Source: Eledone cirrhosa
Taxonomy: Eukaryota
DNA: 64,000 nucleotides
NCBI GenBank assembly: GCA_964016885.1
Contig: OZ024740.1
Coordinates: 155,434,001 to 155,498,000, forward strand
Direction: 5' to 3'
This document shows, piece by piece, positions 54,610-64,000 of the stretch (the first letter of the stretch is position 1; every line of letters starts with the position of its first letter). Made by a program: the position numbers and the translations under genes. The notes below the pieces were generated by a model. It was not told where the DNA came from. It saw only the letters and a list, made by a program, of their open reading frames with translations, and searched no databases.

Positions 54610-55460
54610 AGCAATAGTGTTCTCCTAATCTCTTCTTTTTCTTTGTCCACTTATTCCTAGGAGGGTTGTGGGGCAGAGTCCCCAAAACAACACGTTCCAG
54701 AGGATCCTATCAGAAGCAACAATCTCCAATTGATCCAGCTGGATCTCCAAATGACCAACCAAGCTCATGGATGTTAGTTAACCATTCTGCTTGGACTGTA
54801 CTTCTGGTTGGCTTTGCCCCTAAAATTTGTCCAGTGATCCTTTCCTTAGATATTCTAACCACATGTGTAGTAGCTCTACCTGAGTGACTCCCTGATATCT
54901 GAGCTATGCATCTTATCAAGTCACGTTACTCGAGGAACCCATTTCGACTGCTTGTATTTGAAATTGTATTCTTTGGGGCATTTCCCAAGATTCATAAGAG
55001 TAGGCACTAACACTGAAATAAAGACAGCAAGTTTGGCTTTTACATCTACCTCACTTCTGATGACCGAATGCTGAAGCTGGAGTATCACTGCTCCCAACTC
55101 CAGCAATTCTTGCACTGAATTCATCCCCCTACCTTTCATCACTCATGAAAATGACACTGAGGTATTTGAACTTCTTTTTCAGTATAACTCCACTCACATA
55201 CAGAGTTCACCACACAGGCTTTAAGAGTACAAGTGCCTCATTCTTTGCAGTACTGATTTTCATTCCTGCTATGCAGCACTTGGCAGGAAACCACTACATT
55301 GCATGTTGGAGATCACCTTATGCCATGTAGTACCATGTCATCTGCAAATTCCAGCCAATTGATCTACTTTTGATACTTCTTCCAACCCAGCTGTGCATGT
55401 CAATCCTTTTCATGACAATTATGAACAGGAGAGTAACAATATGCACACTTAGTGAAGTCC
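54610..55460 (-). mobile_element. Highly decayed RTE-type LINE fragment (another family)
   Basis: Remnants such as KAKLAVFISVLVPTL, KFKYLSVIF and a GHVVR-like motif. Confidence 0.55.
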
Positions 55461-57069
55461 AAGTTTAATTAATAATGCCAAAGTTAATTATGTTACTAAA
55501 TGCTTCCAAATTCTACATTATTTTTAAAACTTTGAGAGTAATCAAGAATTTTAAAATAATTAATTTTATCAGTATCAACTTCATGTTTGGAATGGAAGGT
55601 TTCAACCATTTCTTTACCATATTTATAATGGCATACACTGTACTGGAATTAATTAATAAAGAATTTGGATGGATTTACTAAAATATTTAATCATTTCATT
55701 ATTAAGATGGTATTTGTAGTATAATTTAACAAAAGGTCTATATGTCAAATTATGTTAGAAAATGTTTATTTAAATAGGAACTCTTTAAATGGATTGCTTT
55801 GTTTCATAGAACCAGAAACAGTTTTTGGTGGGTTGGTATCAAAAGGGTCAGTAAAAATATCAGCACTTCCACATTATTTTGAAATAGTAACATAAACATA
55901 AATCATGTCTAAAAGAAATTTGGAAAGGTCACAGTCGTATGTGTGTGTATGGGTGTATATATATGTGTGTGTGTTTGTGTGCATGTATCTGTGAGAGAGA
56001 GAGAGAGAACTGTGTGAGTGTTGAGTATGAATATAGTAAAGTTACTTTATGGTTGAATGACTAGTGATACGAAGGTGTCCATCCATAAAAAAATCTACTC
56101 ATAGAAAATTGAATGTAATACAAAGATACTCACTCACTCTCTCTCTCTCTCTCTCACACACACGGATATATAAATATACTTGTTTGTATACACCCTCCCC
56201 ACCATAGACACACACACATATGTAGCTAAATACATTGTAACCTTATGTTACTGTTGGTTCACCAACTTGAGCACTCTATGCGTAGGTGGGTCCATTTAAG
56301 TCTAGAACATGGTGTTACACATTTGGTGTTATACTATGGTCCGTTTCCCTCATAAGCAGAGTGTAATAATAAAATAATATATACACACACACACATTTAT
56401 GCATATATATTATTTGCTTATGTTTATGTTACATTTTATATATATATATATATAAAGTAAAGAAAGGAAATAAAGTGAATTGAGAAAAAAGGATGGAAAA
56501 TGCCAAGCTGTCACATGAATTATTTAAAGGCTCCATAAAGTAACTACAGAGGTCAGAATGACATGAACATGTAAGCAAAACAGACCGCCCCACTTCATAC
56601 ACAGCATATCTGGCCTTTCCTATCACTATAAAAATTATGATTTCCTTTGACTGCGGCAGACATATTCTTCCTGTTGGCTTTTACAGATTTCAGCCATTGA
56701 ACCATGGCCATTCTGGGGCACTGCCTTCTAGGACAAAGGTTTGCAAACTGCATAACAATACTTCAGTAACAAAAAAAAAACAAAAAACAAAAAATACAAC
56801 TCAAATCTATGCAGGTTTAGTTGGCCTCCTATAAGTTGCACCTCATAGGAGGTTTCTCGGGTGTTTTAATGATAGGGGCCCCTGTCCTATCATGAAAAGC
56901 AACATGAAATAAAATTATAAACTCTGTAAAATGGTAGTGTTGATGCTACAAAAGCACTCAGTACATTCTGTAAAGTGCTTGGCATTAGAACAAACATTCA
57001 GCTGAAGAGGCAATTCCAAAAATGGAATGCCTGAGCAAGATGTGGCTCTCCAGCCCATCTAGTCCCAGA

Positions 57070-57094
57070 CTGTTTTTATATGTTGATATGGAAT

Positions 57095-57146
<52 letters not shown>

Positions 57147-57171
57147 ATTCCATATAAACATATAAAAACAG
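57070..57171. repeat. Palindrome centred on (TA)n
   Basis: CTGTTTTTATATGTTGATATGGAATGGA-(TA)n-TCCATTCCATATAAACATATAAAAACAG, one mismatch. Confidence 0.9.
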
Positions 57172-57444
57172 AAGTATGATGATAGTAGGTCATTTCTAAT
57201 TTTTTAGTTGATATATAATTTATCATGATGATTTATTTAAAAACATTAAATTTCTAAAAGTATTAAGCAATATTAACTTAGAAGCATTTGCTATGGATTC
57301 TGAATTTTGAGGAGCCCAGCGTTAAGTGTTTTGTGCCATTTAAACTTTATGCCCCAATTTTTTTTTTAAATTTAGGGTGCCTTTATGTTATAGGCTCTGC
57401 ACTAATCTAATCAAGCCTTGCTATCATGTAGCGCAAATTAAAAG

Positions 57445-57560
57445 AAAGTGGCTTAATGATTAGAGAGTTGGATTTGCAATCATGAGGTTGAGTTCAATTC
57501 TCGGACCGGGTGATGCATTGTGATGCATTGAGCAAGACACTTTATTTCAAGTTACTCCTT
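57445..57560 (+). mobile_element. tRNA-derived SINE head (third family)
   Basis: GTGGCTTAATGATTAG A-box-like and GAGTTCAATTC B-box-like motifs. Confidence 0.5.
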
Positions 57561-58869
57561 CTGCAAGGAGTTGTGACCAGTAGATAATATCAGCAATGGA
57601 AAGACCAATGGAAACATTGTTTCCTTGGTCCAATTTGATGAGGTCCATCCCACTTGGTAAGCGAATGAGGTTTGGGATCTTGTCGATCAATCAGAGCAGG
57701 AATAGCATGCAATTTTGAAAAGTTGTATGATCCATAGCTTTTAACTCAATTTGGCTACCCTGAATTTTCAGCAATGGAAAACGAAAAAATAACATACAGC
57801 TTTCAAGTGGTTAAGAAGCATGAAAAAATAACATAAGAAATACAAGAAAAAGAAAGAATAAAGTTGAATACATATAAAAAGGAGAAAACTCATCGCTACA
57901 ACAGCCGTTAAAACAGCTAAATGCTGTCAAAGACTGCGTTGGGCAAAAATACCTCAGAGGACACAGACCAGCGACCAGTGGTCAACAGAGAGACAATCCA
58001 CAAGGTGGGTGACAGGCAGATGAAATATAGAAATGACTGAAAGAGGCGGAGGGAAAGGAGAAGCATGCTGGCGTACAGAAGTGACTGGAAAAAGGAAATA
58101 AAGAAAGGTGATGTACAAGACAAGGTTACACACACATCTTCATCCTCATCAGTTCTCAAACCAGCAAAATGGTTTTGCACAATTTAATTGAGAGTACCAT
58201 TTTAAAATGGTATGATGTGTGAGTGATAAAACAAACAGCACAAATAAAGTTGAGTTATAGAATTAATCTTATAATTTGTTTGATACCTGATCAAGGAAAA
58301 GGTATTTTGTATATATGTGTGTATGCATGCCTACTAAACAAAGAATCGAAAGGTCCTTTCAGTTGTGTCAAGAGCACAACAACCCAAAACCCCCACCCCC
58401 ACCAGCCTCTAGTGCTGGTGACATGATAATTACACCCAGTACATTCTGCAAAGTAAGTGGTTGGTAATAGGACAGACATCCAGTCATAGAAAATTTGCCA
58501 CACAAAGGATTGGGAAGACTTTAGTTGTATCAAAGACATGTCAACCACCCTCAGGTTAGTGTCATGGTAAAATGCACCTGATGCACTCAGTATAGTGCAG
58601 GAATATATGTAAGTAAGGTGCAGGACCCTGGCACATCAGAGAGGTCAGTGTTGACTTGAGTCTGTGATGACCTGTTCAAACCTTGCTAGCATGGAGAGTG
58701 AATGTTAAATGACAATGATGATGACATACATACACATACATTTACACATACAGACACATGTATGAATACACATACATTTACTCATACAGACACATGTATG
58801 AATATACATTCACATATATTTATGCATACAGACAGATGTATGAATATACATACATACATTTATGCATAC

Positions 58870-59090
58870 GTAAGGGTGAGTCTTGCCTGACAGCGCTCCT
58901 TAGTGTCCCACTCCATGTGTTTCTATCCGCCGGTCTCACTTGGGCCAGGCCAAGCCTAGCTTGATCCCAATGGACATCCTCCATCCAAGTCCATTTGGGT
59001 CTTCCTGGTCCTCTACTGCCTCCTGGATCGACATTCATCACTTTGCTGATCCAGCTTTCACTGCGCTTGACATGGTCATACCAGCGCACA
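58870..59090 (-). mobile_element. RTE-type LINE extreme 3' fragment (another family)
   Basis: RWYDHVKR...GSRGPGRPKWTWMEDV...DRNTW. Confidence 0.7.
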
Positions 59091-59379
59091 TACATTTACA
59101 CATACAGGCACATGTAGGAACATACAGACACATGTATATTTTTATCTAAGTACATGAATAAACTGATAAATAAAAGATAAAACATGATTTTTCCCCATGT
59201 TATTTGGACTTCAGTTAAAAATACTCTCCAGTTACCTATTGATTAGGTGAAGAATCTTATGCCTACAATTCCACATTAAGTAGCAGAAGATATATGCTAT
59301 AAAGGAATAAATATAAATAATAAAATAATTTTAAAAATAATTTTTTATTTGAAAATAATATTGTAAAGAAATATAAAAT

Positions 59380-59900
59380 TAAGAGAGAGGAAGAGAGATG
59401 GGGGTGGGAGTGGGGGGGTAAGAGGGAGAGAGGAGTGTATGGGGTTGAAGGGGGGGGGTGAAGAGAGGGGGGTATGGGGTGGTAGGGAGATGGAGAGAGG
59501 GTGTTTGGGGTGGAGGGATGGATGGGGGAATGGGGGGGTTGAGATGGATGGGATGGAGGGTGAGATGGAGAGAGATTGAGAGAGGGTGTGTGGGGAAGAG
59601 GGGGTGTGGGGAAGAGGGGGATGCGGAGAGAGAGAGGAAGGTGTGGGGAAGAGGGGGATGCGGAGAGAGAGAGGGAGATGTGGGGTGGAATGGAGATGGA
59701 GGGAGAGGGAATGCGGTGGAGGGGAGATGGAGGGGGAGATGTAATGGGGGTGGAGGGGAGATGAAGAGAGAGGGATGGAGTGGAGGGTGAGATGGAGAGA
59801 GATTGAGAGAGAAAGAGAGAGAGAGAGGGAGGTGTGGGTTGGAGAGCGAGATGGAGCGAGAGAAGCGATGGGGGTTGAAGGAAGGAGGGAGAGTGAAATG
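59380..59900 (+). repeat. G/A-rich low-complexity tract
   Basis: Dense GGG/GGAG/GAGA runs, almost no C. Confidence 0.9.
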
Positions 59901-60438
59901 AAATGAAATGGAATGGAATGAAAATATAAATTAAAAATAACATCTATATATATATTAGAATGAAAATCAGCAAAGACTCCAGAGCAATAACCAGAATGAA
60001 TAAATGAGAAGAATATATATTTCTTAATGATACTTAAGATATTTCGTATCTTTTGTATGGAATTTCATATTTAAATATAAATTAGTAAATGTATGTGTGT
60101 ATGTTATATATATATATATACACACACACACATACACATCATCATCGTTTAACGTCCTTCCACGCTAGCATATATATATATATATATATACACAGACATA
60201 TCTATATATATAGACACATATATATATATATACACACACACATATATATACATACACACACACACACACACACACACACTCAGACATATCTATATACAGA
60301 CATATATCTATATATATGTACATATATATATATATATATACACACACACATCGGCGCCGGCGCCGCCGCCGCCACCACCGCCACCGCCACCACCACCACC
60401 ACCATCGTTTAACGTCCATCTTCTACGCTTGCATATAT

Positions 60439-63400
60439 CATCATCATCATCAACGTTTAACGTCCGTGTTCCACGCTTGCATGGGTTTGGACGGGGGTTT
60501 TCCCACTTGAGGCAAGAGTGATTGTCTTGCTCGCATAGGACTGTCTGGCAGGTTTTCTACAGTTGGATGCCCTTCCTAACACCAACCACATTTACAGTGT
60601 GGGTCTGGGAGGTTTTTACCGTGTTGCCTACACGGCCACATTACAGCGTGGACTGTGTGTTTTTTTGTCGTGACACCTACACGATCTCATTTGTTTCGGC
60701 CTGGATGGCGCGGCACCAACATAACTTTACATAGGACGGGGTGGTGTGGATGGGATGGGGGTGGTGGTGGTGGGACGGGGTGTATTTTGTTAGAGATGCT
60801 TACTGGCTGGAGTAGGTTTTACTATATATTTAGGTAAGGCGGGTCTTCTCTGTTACTGAGTACCGCCAAAGGTCTCGGTCCAGTGACATTGTCTTGGAGA
60901 GGTGTAAGTGTGTGAGGTCGGAGTTTATCAGCTCGTCCCAGGTTTTTCTAGGTCTGCCTATTCCGTGGCTACCGTCTATCTTTATTGCCCTGCACTTTGT
61001 TATACAGCTATCGACTTTCATGCGCATCACGTGTCCATACCAACGTAGCCTTCTCTCGAGTAAACAGCATCTGATCCCTCTTATCTCTAATTTTTTTCTT
61101 AGTTCGTTTATGCTTTGCCGTTCACGTATATTACTGTTACACATCCAGCGGAGCATGCAAGCTTCGTTCCTCTCTAGTCTGCGTATATCCTCTGCACACA
61201 ATGCCCATATCTCACTGCCATGCAACATTGCTGTTCGTATGCAGGCATCGTACAACCTGCCTTTCATTTTTAGGGAGAACCCTTTAGCAGCTAATAGTGG
61301 TATAAGCTCTCTGAACTTTTTCCAACCAGTTCTGACTCTAGCTACAGTACTTTCAGAGCACCCTCCCCCACTGCTGATTTTATCGCCCAGGTAACGGAAG
61401 CTGTCCACTATTTCTATAGAACCCTCTGCGCAATTGAAAGAGCTAGTATTTTGTGGGCACTTGCTGCTACTTATTGCACCAGAACACCGGCCACATGTAA
61501 AATCTATGTTCTTAGTTAGCTTACCTGTGATCCCACTACATCTTTTATGCACCCATACTTTGCATTTAGGACATAAAATGGAGTTTCTACCTACGCCTTT
61601 CCTACACACCGAGCACGGCCATTTCCCAGAAGGGACCGCCGCCTTGTTTTCTTTCCTACAGACTAGAACTTTGGTCTTAGCCAGGTTAATTTTAAGTCCT
61701 TTTGACTCTAGGCCGTGCTTCCATGTTTGGAATTTCTTCTCTAGCTCGGCCATTGATTCCGCTATGAGTGTCAGGTCGTCTGCGTATAGGAGTTCCCATG
61801 GGCAGCCTGTCTTGAACTCCTCTGTTATAGCCTGAAGGGCAATAATAAATAGTAGGGGGCTGAGAACAGAGCCCTGATGGACGCCAACTTTTACGCTAAA
61901 CTCTTCACTATATTCGTTGTTAATTCTAACCTTGCTGACTGTTTCTTTATACATGGCTTGTATAGCCCTCACAAGCCATTCGTCAACGCCTAGTTTTCTA
62001 AGAGCCCACCAGATAATGGAGCGGGGGACTCTGTCGAAGGCTTTCTCCAAGTCGACAAAAGCTAAGTAGAGGGGTTTACCTTTAGCTAGGTACTTCTCCT
62101 GTAGTTGTCGTACTATGAAAAGAGCGTCTGTGGTACTTTTGCCTGACACAAACCCGAACTGCATTTCATCTAGGTCAATTCTCTCTCTGATTAGTTGCGC
62201 TATTACTTTTTCCGTGACCTTCATGACCTGGTCGATTAATTTAATGCCTCTATAGTTACTCCTATCTAGGGCGTCTCCTTTACCCTTATAACAGTTAACG
62301 ATGATGCTGCTATGCCAGTCCTTCGGAACAACCCCATTCTGTACGACTTGGTTAACTATGCGGGTGACCATGGTGTGTCCCACCGTGCCAGATGCCTTCA
62401 GCATCTCAGCAACTATTTCCGAAGGCCCAGCCGCCTTACCCGTCTTCATATCCTTGATTGCCTTACTTATTATACTCCCCTCGACTAACACTGCTGGTCC
62501 CTCTATTGGGTCGATATGGGGGAGACTGTCTTTCTCCCATTTATTCTCCTCATTTAGTAGCCTTTCATAGTGACACTTCCAAGCTACCTTCTTATCAGTG
62601 TCGGTGATGGCAAGTATGCCATCATCGTTAAGTACACACTTCTCCCCGACAATATCACGGTTTTCCTTGACGCATTGCCTAGCAATCCTGAACACCTCAC
62701 GTTTTTGGTCATCGCGTTGTAGAACATGCTTGAACTTTCTTTCCTCAGCTTCCCTTCTTGCTAAGTACACTTCTCTCCTAGCTTCCCTCCTGGCCACTTG
62801 ATAGTCTACTCTACTTCCCCCATCCCGCCATACTTTCCAAGCCTGCTTTTTGGCCTTAATTGACCCCTCCACCTTACTGTTCCACCACCATGTTACTCTC
62901 CTCCTGCCTACAGGCCTGCTCCTTCGTCTGTCGCCAACAGCAGGTTTGCTTTCAGAAATTCCCACTGTCCCTCTATATTGTCCGACTGTAAATGTTCTTC
63001 CTTACTGTCGAAAGCATCAAGTAATATGTTTTGAAATTTATTTTTGGCTGTGGGGTCCTTTAGCTTCCATATTTTTCTCCTGAGGATAGTCCTCTTCTGC
63101 TGTCGAGTACGTCTCGTCCTGACTATGAGGTCGCTAATTATCAGTCTATGTTGGGAGGTGCATTCTTCATGGGGGAGGGATTTAGTGTTTACAACAGACA
63201 CTCTGTCACGTCTTCTGGTAAGGATATAATCTACCTGGCTTGTATGTTCCCCGGATCTATAGGTGATCAGGTGATTGTCACGTTTTTTGAAGTTAGTGTT
63301 ACAGATAGTTAGGTTATTTGCATCACAGAATTCCAGGATTCTGGAGCCTTCCTCATTTCTAGTACCAAACCCATAGCCTCCATGGATTTCGTCGTAGCCG

Positions 63401-64000
63401 TCACAATGTTGTCCAACGTGACCATTTAGGTCGCCTGCAATAATTATATAGTCACTGTCAGATATTTGGGAGGTAGTTAGCAACAGTGTCTCATAGAATC
63501 TGTCTTTTATAGTGGCGGGCAGTCCGGATTGGGGTGCGTACGCAGATATTACTGTCACCGTAGTTCTATTGAGGACAAGTCGTATTTTAATTATTCTGTC
63601 GTTCACTCTATTTACGTCTATTATCTTATCTGCCCACTTTTCTGCTACCATGATTCCTACTCCACCCAGCCCATCGTCGTTTCCCACCCAGAAAAGCTTA
63701 TAACATCGTTTTTTACCCTCAATGAATCTAGCAGACCCACCACTCCACCTGGTCTCTTGAATACAACAAACATCGACCTCCTTACGTTCAAGCATTTCTA
63801 CAACCTCGTTAGCGCGACCCCTTAGGGTGCCTACATTTATGGTACCAACTCTGAAGTTTTGGATTGCGTTTGGAGGGTGGGGGTGGTGGGGGGCGGGGGG
63901 AGATGGGGTTATGTTAGCCATCCGCGGGCGAAACAAAGAGGAGTGCTCGCATTCTCGTCCACGAGGTGAATTTGACTTTAACTTTGGCATTTTCGCTCTG
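60439..64000 (-). mobile_element. Near-intact young RTE LINE (runs off the window end)
   Basis: APE endonuclease, RT, PHD-like finger, 3' UTR and (CAT)n tail. Confidence 0.97.
60830..63990 (-). pseudogene. RTE ORF (APE endonuclease + reverse transcriptase) broken by one frameshift near 62922
   Basis: ORFs 62908-63990 (CCIQETRW, SAYAPQ, AGDLNGH, VDYIL) and 60830-62965 (RT); AGCCACAGAC missing relative to the copy at ~25977. Confidence 0.9.

Noticed and set aside
58140-58160. CTGATGA on the minus strand
   Set aside because: No downstream GAAA closing a stem II
59263-59943. 226-aa Pro/Ser-rich ORF
   Set aside because: Artefact of the G/A-rich low-complexity tract
59945-60090. GATAC-GAAATATCTTA on the minus strand near (TA)n
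   Set aside because: 5' half of the core is absent; cannot be called a ribozyme
60894-62801. Recurrent antisense ORFs over RTE copies
   Set aside because: Shadows of the RT coding strand; no recognisable domain

Overview
AT-rich, repeat-dominated eukaryotic DNA, most likely an octopod cephalopod (inferred from the repeat style, not proven). It holds about 13 copies of an RTE-clade LINE with (GAT)n tails. One copy is nearly intact, and the ORF carries a PHD-like C4HC3 finger inside the RT. Also present: many tRNA-derived SINEs, two non-autonomous Helitrons, decayed maT/Tc1-mariner and pogo-like transposons, TTAA-CCCT MITEs, other LINE fragments and long (TA)n/(TACA)n microsatellites. One convincing host exon lies at 18960-19151 (minus strand). 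The main hidden signal is a set of six type I hammerhead ribozyme (HHR) motifs plus degenerate remnants, representing five sequence-unrelated families. Each sits about 70-205 nt upstream of a (TA)n junction in a non-coding cassette resembling Penelope-like pseudo-LTRs/retrozymes. Several have unusually long stem II extensions, palindromic loop III and GUU/GUA/GUC cleavage triplets. Two are carried on the ~760-bp arms of a 3.7-kb inverted repeat. Coordinates of decayed repeats are approximate.
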